A DNA stretch of 64,000 nucleotides from Octopus sinensis (lineage: Eukaryota), in NCBI RefSeq assembly GCF_006345805.1, contig NC_042998.1, positions 177,878,001 to 177,942,000 of the forward strand, written 5' to 3'. Shown here piece after piece: positions 1 to 10,445 of the stretch. Below the pieces are notes generated by a model. It saw nothing but the letters and a program-made list of their open reading frames with translations. It had not been told where the DNA came from and did not search any database. Position 1 is the stretch's first letter. Each line of letters opens with the position of its first letter. The position numbers and the translations under genes were made by a program.

Positions 1-99
1 TAATGGCAAGTAAGAGGAAGAATGACAACTGTAAGAACAAAAGATATCAGAATAGAACTAGAACTAGTTCTGCAGTGTAGCTCAATATCGTTTGAGATA

Positions 100-800
100 G
101 CTATGGTGGTGGTGGTGCTGCTGCAGCTACTGATGTTGCTGATGATGATAATGGTGGTTGCATGATGATGATGATGGTGGTGTTGGTAGTGGAGGTGATG
201 GTGTTGGCGGCAGTGGTGGTAGTGGTGCTGCTGCAGCTACTGATGTTGCTGATGATGATAATGGTGGTGGCATGATGATGAATGATGGTGGTGTTGGTAG
301 TGGAGGTGATGGTGGTGGCAGTGGTGGTGGTGGTAGTGGTGCTGCTGCAGCTACTGATGTTGCTGATGATGATAATGGTAGTCGCATGATGATGATGATG
401 GTGGTGTTGGTAGTGGAGGTGATGGTGGTGGCAGTGGTGGTGGTGGTGGTGGTGCTGCAGCTACTGATGTTGCTGATGATGATAATGGTGGTTGCATGAT
501 GATGATGATGGTGGTGTTGGTAGTGGAGGTGATGGTGGTGGCAGTGGTGGTGGTGGTAGTGGTGCTGCTGTAGCTACTGATGTTGCTGATGATGATAATG
601 GTAGTTGCATGATGATGATGATGGTGGTGTTGGTAGTGGAGGTGATGGTGGTGGCAGGGTGGTGGTGGTGGTGGTGGTGGTGCTGCAGCTACTGATGTTG
701 CTGATGATGATAATGGTAGTTGCATGATGATGAATGATGATGGTGTTGGTAGTAGAGGTGATGGTGTTGGCGGCGGCGGTGGTGGTGGTGGTGGTGGTGG
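100..800. repeat. GGT/GAT-rich minisatellite, about 6 units of 110-115 bp
   Basis: The anchor gctgcagctactgatgttgctgatgatgataatggt recurs at about 120, 230, 345, 455, 567 and 682, separated by variable GGT/GAT runs. Confidence 0.85.
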
Positions 801-1088
801 TGGTGGTGATGGTAATCCCAGTGGCATTAACAACAATGATGATGATGATGATGATGACAATGATCTTTGCCTCTTCCTCCTCCTCCCTCTCCTCATTGTC
901 ATTGTCACCAACTGCCTACACTTTAGTATACTCCCACTTAAAGTCATGATGATGATGATCCTCCTCCTCCTCCTCTTCTTAATTCCTCTTATCATCGTTC
1001 TTTTATCTTATTCTTTCAATTTTTGATGCTAGCTTCAGTCAACCACCCCATCCCAGATAAATCACATAAAAAAAAAGAAAAAATGAAG

Positions 1089-1130
<42 letters not shown>

Positions 1131-1639
1131 GGGAGAGAGAGAAAGAGAGAGAGTTAATTTTTTTCTTCTAATATTACAGTTCATGCAAATGTCACTTACT
1201 TTTCAGTGATAGATATATAAAACTACAATTATTCCAAGAGGAAATGGTGGTTACAGGTATTAAACGGGGTTTTCACGATTGAGAAACTTCCACCCAAAGC
1301 CTGTACAGCAAGGATTAATTTAGCAAATAATTTATATTTATAGGAAAATAAAAGGTTAGAGGGCTAAATGGCTAAATGGCTAAATGGCTAAATAGACAAA
1401 ATATTAGGCTTTGGGTACATGTGTGGGTAGCTATTTGGTCTGCTATATATATAAAATGTTTACAAATCATAAAAAAATACTTAACGAGTTTGAAGGCTGA
1501 ATGTGTTATTTTATATTTCAAAGGTTATGTAATACAAGATGTTTCATATAAGGGGACAGCATAGTTGCCTGTAACCACAATCATCATCAGTATCATCATC
1601 ATCATCATCACCACCACCATCATCATCATCATCATCAGT

Positions 1640-1870
1640 TAACTTTTGTATCCCATGGCAGCAAGGTTTGGACAATAAATCTTTTCTTTTACCCACTACA
1701 CTCTCGGAGTGGTTGGCGTTAGGAAGGACATCCAGCTGTAGAAACTCTGCCAGATCAAGATTGGAGCCTGGTGCAGCCATCTGGTTCACCAGCCCTCAGT
1801 CAAAATCGTCCAACCCATGCTAGCATGGAAAGCGGATGTTAAACGATGATGATGATGATGATGATGATGA
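1640..1870 (+). mobile_element. RTE LINE-type 3' tail (LINE end or RTE-tailed SINE)
   Basis: cactacactctcggagtggttggcgttaggaagg...ccaacccatgctagcatggaaagcggatgttaaacgatgatgat matches the terminus of the RTE at 28528-28700. Confidence 0.85.
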
Positions 1871-2464
1871 TTTACTTGTTTCAATCATTAGACCATGGCC
1901 ATGCTGGAACATTGCTTTGAAGAATTTTTAGTTGAATGAATCAACCCTGGAACTTATTTGTTGTCATGTCTGGTGTTTGTTCTACCTCTTTTACCAAACT
2001 GCTTAGTTATGGGGACATAAACACATCAGCACCAGTTGTTAAGAGGTTATAAACACAGACACAAAGACACACACATACATGCACGCATGCACACATGCAC
2101 GCACACATACACACACAGACACACACTCACACACACGCACACACACAAGTAGGATGGTTGGTGTTAGGAAGGGCAACCAACCATAAAAACCATGCCAAAA
2201 TCAACACAGAAGCCTGGTGTAATCTTCTACTTGACTTGCTCTTGTCAAATCGTCCAACCCATGCCAGCATGGAAGGTGGACAATAAACAAAGATGATGAT
2301 GATGATGATGAGACTTCTTTCAGTTTCTGTTTACCAAATTCACTCACAAGGCTTTGGTCAGCCCAATGCAATAGTAAAAGACACTTATATATACATATGT
2401 CATGTTATGCTAAGAAACATGCATGGTACAAGATCCCTACTTAGTTTAACTCCATTATATAGTA

Positions 2465-2760
2465 CAGGCACAATGGCCCAGTGGTTTGGGCAGTGGATAC
2501 GTGGTCTTAGGATCGCAGTTTCGATTCCCAGACTGGGCGTTGTGAATGTTTATTGAGCGAAAACACCTAAAGCTCCACGAGGCTCCGGCAGGGGGTAGTG
2601 GCAATCCCTGCTGTACTCTTTCGCCACAACTTTCTCTCACTCTTTCTTCTGTTGGTCTGCGGGATGGCGTCATTTGAAGGCTAAAACAATGCGAAGCGCA
2701 TTGTGACCAGCGATGTGTATTAACATCTGATAGCCTAGTCGGTTACGTGATCACGTGATT
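2465..2760 (+). mobile_element. tRNA-derived SINE (octopus OR1/OR2-like)
   Basis: A-box tggcccagtgg and B-box-like gtttcgattccc. The first ~190 bp match 51677-51860, then the 3' tails differ. Family name is from recollection. Confidence 0.7.
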
Positions 2761-2774
2761 ACTGCCATATATTG

Positions 2775-3375
2775 AGGATATCATTAGAAGGATCTGTCTC
2801 TCATGTCAGTTTGTTAAGTCTGCCTTTCCTGTTTCTGTGACAGAAGAGGAGATAACCATTCCAAAATGCATGCATCCTGCAGTCTGGTTAGGGAATGCTG
2901 CAAGCTGACTTGATGTATTTACACCTATTTGTCAACAGTGAGAAATTTTCTCCATGATAAAATACAGTGAATGGATTTTTTATGGATTCTAATATGCCAC
3001 AAGCATATTGAACTGGTAACAAGCTTGTATTTATACACCTCATTGCTTAGCTCTGTCATCCCGTATTTTGTTTATGGTGAGCTGCTGCATAGCACAAGAA
3101 GTCATTGAATGATGATGGGTATATCATAAGAAGGACCTGTCTCTTGTGTCAGTTCACAGCATCTACTTTTCTGGTCTTTGTGGTTGAAGAGGAGATAACC
3201 ACTCCGAAATACGTGCATCCAACAGTCAGGTTATGGAGTGCTGTAAGCTGGTTTAGTGTATTTACACTGATTTGTCGACAGCGAGAAATTTTCTCCATAA
3301 CGAAATGCAGTGAATGGTTTTCTTGAGTTCAAATATGCTTGAAGCATATTTGAACTGACAACAAGTTTGTATATA
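2775..3375. repeat. Diverged direct duplication of a ~260-bp segment
   Basis: 2775-3035 and 3120-3375 share blocks such as agaaggaYctgtctct, gaagaggagataacca, gagaaattttctccat, agtgaatgg and agcatatt..gaactg..aacaag. Confidence 0.8.
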
Positions 3376-3384
3376 TAAAATAAA

Positions 3385-3640
3385 GTAAAGTGAGGTAAAG
3401 ACTCCCTTCAATAATGAATGACCATGGGATTGCACCTAGAAAGCTAGCCACCAAGGCACAAGTCTGGGTAAATTTGTTTATGGAAGACCAGTAGTTACCC
3501 ATGCATACCAGCCTCCCCTCTTCACTCCACCGATGTTATCCAAGGGAAAGGCAAAGGCTAATACAACTTGGCACCAGTTACATCGCAACTCATTTCTGCA
3601 GCTGAGTGAACTGGAACAATGTGAATCGAACTGGCTACCT
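3385..3640 (-). mobile_element. SINE-like interspersed repeat, decayed
   Basis: gatgttatccaagggaaaggcaaagg...cttggcaccagt..catcgcaactcatttctgcagctgagtgaactgg is recognised as a common octopus SINE body. Confidence 0.55.
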
Positions 3641-4659
3641 CATGACTGGGAGCCATGTACCTGATTGGCAGTATGTTATGAAGTCACTGATATATCATCT
3701 TTTACCCATTGCTTGTTTCTGTCAATGGACTGGCCATGCTGGGATGCAGGCTTGAAGGGTTTGGTTGAACAAATCAACCCCAGTATTTATTCTATCGATC
3801 TTTATTGCTGAGTCACTAAGTTACAGGGACATAAACAAACTCACAGTGGTTGTCAAGCAAACCAAACACAGTGATACACATGTCCACTCATAATTAAATA
3901 CATATATATGCACACACTATTATGATGGGTTTCTTTCAGTTTCCATCTACTAAATCCATTCGCAAGGCTTTAATCAGCCAAGGGTTATTGTAGAAGACTT
4001 TGGTCCAAGGTGTCACACTGTGTGGGGCTAAACCCTGAGTCGTGTGGTTAAGACCTGAACTTCAGAGTTGTAAAGTATATTCGAATATATTTTACACAAT
4101 ACTAACATTATTTGATATAGAACTTAATATGATGGGTATAATAAGATAGATATATTAATTATATAAAATGTTGACAGTGTACCCTGAGTTTCATCACGAC
4201 CAACTCAGCTGGTGAAATTGATGAATTAAACACTTGTTCACTGACCCACCTACACACAAAACATACAGACACAGATACATACACATATTTATTATATCAA
4301 AAGTTGACTGAACTCTCTTAGTTTCACCCCAGGTGTGGCTGTTCAATATTGTGCATTAGATTGAAATGTTTTCATATATTTTCCAACTTTTAGATTATGA
4401 GATATGTGTATACATATATGTATACATGCAGTATGCATGAATGCATGCATGCATACGTACATGCATACATACATACATACATACATACATACATACATAC
4501 ATACATACACATGTGTGTGTGTGTGTGTGTATGCATATACATATATTTATAGATACATATACATATATACATACACAAACATACATATGTATATATAGAT
4601 ACACACACATACACATGGTTGTAGAGAGGTGCAAATGTGGCTGTGTGGAAGCACATTTG

Positions 4660-5045
4660 TGGCTGTGTGGAGGTACAGGTGTGGCTGTGTGGTAAAAAGC
4701 TTGCTTCTCAACCACATAGTTCCAGGTTCAGTCCCATTGCATGGCACCTTGGGCAAGCATCTACTACAACTTCAGGCCAACCAAAGCCTTATGAGTAGAT
4801 TTGGTAGACAGAAACTGAAAGAAGCTCGTCATATATATAAGATAAATATATGTATATATCTGTGCGCCTGTGTTTGTCCCCCAACCATCGCATGACAACT
4901 GATGTTGGTGTGTTTATGTCCCCTGTAACTTAGCAGCTTGTCAAAGCAACTGATAGAATAAGTCTTGTGGTTGATTTCTTTGACTAAAGGCAGTGCTCCA
5001 GCATGGCTGCAGTCAAATGACTGAAACAAGTAAAAGAAAAAGAAT
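4660..5045 (+). mobile_element. tRNA-derived SINE with CORE-like domain and internal (TA)/(TG) tract, CpG-decayed
   Basis: Aligns with the young copies at 48517, 50859, 52770 and 56290: tggctgtgtgg A-box, ggttcagtccc B-box, ggcaccttgggcaag, and tail atgactgaaacaagtaaaaga. Confidence 0.85.
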
Positions 5046-6046
5046 AAAAGAATACACACACACACACCTGCAACAATGGACTTGCACACACAATATATGT
5101 ATGTACTTTTATATATATGTATGTCATTATTTAGTTTTATTTCGTGTGCATATGTATGTATTAGTCAACTGGAGACAGTAAAACGTTTTTGTCTGGTGTA
5201 TTACTGTCTTGGCTATCTTCACCAACCTCAATATTGACAGAATATAGATCTTATCGCTACACTCTTTCTAGCCACTGGAAATGACCAACACTTAATTACA
5301 ATTTAGATTTATTCTTATCAATTCTATATTACTCTGAACATGTAGTATGAATTTCTCAAAGAATTAACATAACCTTGAATGTATTCCACAAAGTTATCTT
5401 CTGGTATTATCATGGATCCATTTATGCATTTATGGCTACTGGTTGTATATGATAGATATCAATAAAAAAAAGTAATGATCCCGTGGTACTTGTGAAAACT
5501 ACATCAGGGGAAAAAAATTGTTGTATGCATATGCTAGCAATAGTCTCCTTGTTGGTAGCTGGCTTATTGATCCAGTATATCGTATGTTGAAACAATAAGC
5601 AAGCATCATAAATGCAGATCACTGGATAACACATTGAAGTCTTTCAACTAATGGCTCAATGCTTTGTTATGGAGTATAATGCTGTGGAAAAGATGGGAAG
5701 CCAGCCATTTAGCTTCTGTACATTAGCACTGCTGACAGAATCAAAGTTTTTAAGTAGGTTACATTGTAAATTACATTTAGTTACATGGCTGGAAACGTTA
5801 CTGATACAGTTTTGAGTAAATAGGGTTATCATAGATTAGCACAAAGCAACAAGTGATAGGAAAGAGGATTAGTTAACTGATAGAATCAATATATAGCTGG
5901 TACTGATTTTCTTGATCCAGTGGGATTTAAACTGAGGCTGGGAAAGCATAAAACTAAATATTGTGTTATTATGAAGTTTGAAGGTGCCATACAGTGGATT
6001 TAGTTTCACTATATGGCATCTTGGGCATGTGTACATACATCCATAC

Positions 6047-6137
<91 letters not shown>

Positions 6138-6202
6138 AAATAAATTGGCCACTAAATCCACAAGTTTTTTTATATTCTCCCTCAATTTATTTCCTCATGT
6201 TC

Positions 6203-6239
6203 CTTTCTGTTGAAGAGTGTAGGCTCGAAATGTAAAATA
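6203..6239 (+). ncRNA. Minimal type I hammerhead-like motif, A6U core variant
   Basis: UUU-CUGUUGA-A-GAG(UGUAGG)CUC-GAAA-UG-UA/AAA. Same family as 63826-63869. Confidence 0.55.
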
Positions 6240-6587
6240 CTTTCTCACCTTCCCAAGCATTAAACTAATACACCTGCTTGTTGTTTATACACTTGTCTTC
6301 ACCTTTTGCTATTCTCTAAATTTCAACTATATATATACACATAAAATCCCAAATTTTATTTAACTTGCTTTGCGGGAAGGACTGTTTCAATGAAGTTGTG
6401 TCTTACCCTTACCTTCGAAATATGGAGTAGACGAAGCAGGGGCTGCTGAAGAAGGGGAATATTCCTTGTGTTGTATGTCTTTTTTCGTAGTTTGAAAAAA
6501 GTCCATTTCCATGGTTTTGTTTTTATGTTTTTGTTTCTCATTGTGTCTGATGTTTTTTTGGTGTCCTGTACCTATATATGCATGTGC

Positions 6588-6674
6588 GCGGCTGAAGAAG
6601 GCTATTGACATACATATTACATCAATTATGCATTGATATAAACTGTCTAATAAAGCCAGAAACATATGTACCGC
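6588..6674 (+). ncRNA. Type I hammerhead ribozyme with extended stem II
   Basis: Stem I GCGG/CCGC, core CUGAAGA at 6592-6598, stem II GGC...GCC with inner pairing, GAAA, palindromic stem III ACAUAUGU, and GUA cleavage triplet (cut after 6670). Confidence 0.75.
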
Positions 6675-6718
6675 TAAATCCTTTGCATCCTGTTTTTCTT
6701 TGATAAGTATATCTATAT

Positions 6719-6782
<64 letters not shown>

Positions 6783-6969
6783 TATATAATTATACATGGA
6801 AAGCGGACGTTAAACGATGATGATGAATTATAAATTAGGATATCTACAAGATACCACCATGCTGAAAATAGCAGCCATGATCTGACTCTAACACCACCTT
6901 AATTGTCCATGTATCAACACGGAGAGAAAACGAAGAGACAAGATGAAACTAGTAAAAAATTACTGGATA

Positions 6970-7028
6970 ATTCTAGATCCCGGATTTCTGACTTTGCATT
7001 TAGGAATGCTTTGCCTCATCAGTAGAAT
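6970..7028 (-). ncRNA. Type I hammerhead ribozyme
   Basis: Minus strand reads AUUCUA-CUGAUGA-GGC AAA GCAUU CCUA AAUGC AAA GUC-A-GAAA-UCC G GGA-UC/UAGAAU. All three stems close. Confidence 0.8.
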
Positions 7029-7349
7029 ACACACAGAACGGAAACATAAATACATATATATATGAATACAACATACGAATACTTACATATATGAACGTAT
7101 ACCCACATATATATGCACGTATGCATCATGGCCAGTTCAAAATGACCGCCGTTTAATTCCATGTGAGATATGGTCAAAACTATCGCCGCAGTAAAAACAG
7201 TGACGAAATAAATTTTAATTTATATAAATAAGGATAAGATTGTTAATTTAAATATAAAATAACAAATAAAAATGAAAATAACCACTTGATAAAATCGTTA
7301 TTTTACACATTGCTACAATTGTTTCAACTCATTATTATCAGTTGGTCAT

Positions 7350-7514
7350 TGCTGAATGTTACATGCATGCATGTATGCATGCATGCATACATACATACAT
7401 ACATACATACATACATACATACATGCATACATACATACGTACATACATACATACATACATACATACATACATACATACATACATACATGCATACATACAT
7501 GCATACATAATACA

Positions 7515-7548
<34 letters not shown>

Positions 7549-7745
7549 CATAATACATACATACATGCATACATACATACATACATACATACATACATAC
7601 ATGAATACATACATACATAAACACACACACAAACATACACACACATGCACACACACACATGCATGCACACACACACACACACACACACACATGCATGCAC
7701 ACACACACACACACACACGCACACACACACGCACACACACACAAC
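7350..7745. repeat. (TACA)n/(CA)n compound microsatellite
   Basis: Direct reading. Confidence 0.95.
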
Positions 7746-8293
7746 TGTGTTTTTTGTGTGAGTGAGTTTATACTTCCCCTCATCTTGTGTGTTCACTAGT
7801 TGTAAACAACAATAGTGTCATTTGGCTTTGTTCTCATGTAAGAGTCAACATAGACAATGGAGAAAGAGTGTTTGTAGGAAAATCTATATATATGACCTAA
7901 TAAAAAGAATGCAACAATTTCACTTAGTCACAGGAAAGTTTTAGTGAGTTCGAGCTAGGCATCCAAGTGAGAAAGACTTATTGTCCTGTTTCTGTCTTAA
8001 CTCAACTCCACCATGTAGACAATATCGAAGGAAGAAACATTCTAGAAATAAATAACTATTTATGGACTGTTTGAACATTTATCCTGTTCACATTTCACAA
8101 TATTCTGTAACATTAAGTGCTACATGTTATTTATGCTGCATACACATTCTTTTGGATTTTTGACCCTATAACAAGTAACTTGAACTTTTCTTTTGTTCAA
8201 TTAAAACACTGTTATATCATACCTCTGAATGCTATACCATGTATGCTGTCAAGCAAATCTTGATTTAATGCTATTGTCATTTCCTCTTATAAT

Positions 8294-8690
8294 AAACTAG
8301 CAGTATCACCCGGCATTGCTCGGATTTGTTTCGAACCTTTAGAATTGGAATTTTTGAAAAGTAAAAATTTTGCATTTTGTAGCTTGTTATTCTCTCTAAG
8401 TGAACATTTTTCTGGTTGAAATACACTGAAAAATGGTGACACAGCAGTAAAAAAAATCGTAAAAAATTGGGATTTTCATAGAAAAAAAGCACCTTTTTGA
8501 TGTAAATAATTTTTGATGTTAACATGGTCCGATTTGAATTTTTTCTTCTATGGAAATAAGAGCAAGCCTTCTTCTATCATACTCTCAATTTTGGTCAACT
8601 TGTGCCGCAGGGTCTCGGAGGAGATAGTGTTAGTTGAAGGCTACCAAACCTGCCATACACAGACAACTTCAGCTTTATATATATAGAAAT
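8294..8690 (+). mobile_element. Non-autonomous Helitron/Helentron-type element
   Basis: 5' actagcagtatcacccggcattgctcgg and 3' cagacaacttcagctttatatatataga resemble typical non-autonomous Helitron-family ends. A similar 5' end occurs at 54103. Confidence 0.6.
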
Positions 8691-8885
8691 TATGTTCTAT
8701 TAAGCCTTCTGAACATTGTCTAGAATTGCATTACAAGGTATTATACTACTACTGTTAGAAAAAGTTAGATATTTTAGTGCCATCTCAACACACGCACACA
8801 TGTTTATGTATTTGTGTATATATACATTTATGTATTTGTGTTGCAAGATTCCTGATGTGAAATTGTGTGTTGAAACAGATATTGT

Positions 8886-9174
8886 TGCACTAAATAGTCA
8901 TTCTTCACTCGTTTGTTACTGTTCTTATTCTAACTCATGTCCATTGTCAAGAAATCTTTTGTCACACATCTGTGACCTCTTCAGCAACACTTTCTGTCTT
9001 TGTGTGTGCTTTTGCGCCACTTAGTTCATTCTCAAATAAGTAGCACAAGAGCACACATGAAGACAGAAAGTGTTGCTGAAGAGGTCACAGATGTGTGACG
9101 AAAGATTTCTGGACAACGGACATGAGTTAGAACAAGAACAATAATAAATGAGTGAGGAATGACTATATAGTGCA
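8886..9174. repeat. Inverted repeat, ~138-bp arms and 13-bp spacer, each arm with a hammerhead-like motif
   Basis: 8886-9023 is the reverse complement of 9037-9174 with scattered mismatches. Confidence 0.9.
9072..9117 (+). ncRNA. Hammerhead-like motif with intact core and non-canonical cleavage triplet
   Basis: GUUG-CUGAAGA-G-GUCACA GAUG UGUGAC-GAAA-GAUUUCU-GGA/CAAC. The mirror copy at 8943-8988 (minus) has AAAA in place of GAAA. Confidence 0.6.
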
Positions 9175-9258
9175 TGTGTTTATTTGGCAAAAAAAAACAA
9201 TGACCATCCCTAAATACAACAATATATATGTATGTATTATGTATGTATGTATGTATAT

Positions 9259-9315
<57 letters not shown>

Positions 9316-9383
9316 ACCGCATGTGTATTGTTGGTGATTTGTTTCACTCCATCTTCCCTTCCTTGGCTCTTTCCTTTTCCTAT

Positions 9384-9418
9384 GTTTCTGACGAAGAGCT
9401 CCGCTCGAAATGTTAAAT
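9384..9418 (+). ncRNA. Minimal type I hammerhead ribozyme (Penelope-type)
   Basis: GUUU-CUGACGA-A-GAG CUCCG CUC-GAAA-UG-UU/AAAU. The downstream flank matches the repeat at 32575-32660 (minus). Confidence 0.7.
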
Positions 9419-9547
9419 CCTCCTTCTTTCTTTCCTTTCCTGAGCATCCAAAAACACTATACTTGTTCCATGTCCTCGCATTGTTGTGTTTTTTCTTTGT
9501 GTTTTCATGTTTGGATTAACTAGATATATATATATATATATATACTG

Positions 9548-10400
9548 GAGTAAACACATAAATGTGAAACAAGGTGGAAAAAAGAGTACTCAAATACCAG
9601 TGGTAGAGTAATATGCTTTATTTAAAGCAGCAGAAAATTCAATATATATATATATATATATATATACACAAGATAAGAAAATGGAGAAATACATCTAAAT
9701 CAAATATCAATTATCAGATAATACTCAATCACATACTTTATTAAACCACCACATAAGAGACTGTAGGGTTAGACATAAAAAAGCAGAACAAATCAGTATA
9801 CACAAAGGAATGTACATAAAAGAGTAATGTTATATAATAAGTAGAATATATATAAAAAAGAGAATATAATATTTATATTTACTTATATTTATATTCTCTT
9901 TTTTATATATATTCTACTTATTATTCAACATTACTCTTTTATGTACACTTTTTTATGTACATTCCTTTGTGTACACTGATTTGTTCTGCTTTTTTATGTC
10001 TAACCCTACAGTCTCTTATGTGGTGGTTTAATAAAGTATGTGATTGAGTATTATCTGATAATTGATATTTGATTTAGATGTATTTCTCCATTTTCTTATC
10101 TTGTATTAGTAATTTGTGGTAAATCATTTTACCTTTGCCCATATAATACAGTAAATGAATTGATTGCATCGCAATCCTTAACATTTATGTATTAACTTTG
10201 TTGGGTACTTCACTAGCAGTATATTGGATATATGTTATCCCATGGAGGGTTGCATTTACAACCCCTATCTCAATTTGTATATATATATATATATATATAT
10301 ATACCAGAGTAAACACATAAATGTGAAACAAGGTGGAAAAAAAAGTATTCAAATACCAGTGGTAGAGTAATATGCTTTATTTAAAGCAGCAGAAAATTCA
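9548..10400. repeat. Direct repeat pair, ~95 bp (9548-9642 and 10306-10400)
   Basis: gagtaaacacataaatgtgaaacaaggtggaaaaaa...tttaaagcagcagaaaattcaa occurs twice, each preceded by (TA)n. Confidence 0.9.
9668..10104. repeat. Near-perfect long palindrome, ~200-bp arms and 19-bp spacer
   Basis: 9668-9869 versus the reverse complement of 9889-10104. A few substitutions and a short internal duplication in the right arm. Confidence 0.92.
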
Positions 10401-10407
10401 ACAAAAC

Positions 10408-10445
10408 CTGTTACTCTGAGTTTCCCGTTGCCGTTCATCGGACAG
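10408..10445 (-). ncRNA. Hammerhead-like motif, U4C core variant
   Basis: CUGU-CCGAUGA-A-CG GCAA CG-G-GAAA-CUC A GAG-UA/ACAG. Confidence 0.5.

Noticed and set aside
6440-6480. CUGAAGA plus hairpin; related CUGAUGA-AGG motifs at about 26860-26890 and 32750-32790 (minus)
   Set aside because: No GAAA or stem III follows. At most vestigial ribozyme halves, so not counted as hammerheads.
7286-7796. Stack of long ORFs (MYVC/HTYI repeats); similar sets at 15.8-16.4, 23.2-23.8, 33.6-34.2 and 54.4-54.9 kb
   Set aside because: Stop-free frames of di-, tri- and tetranucleotide microsatellites.
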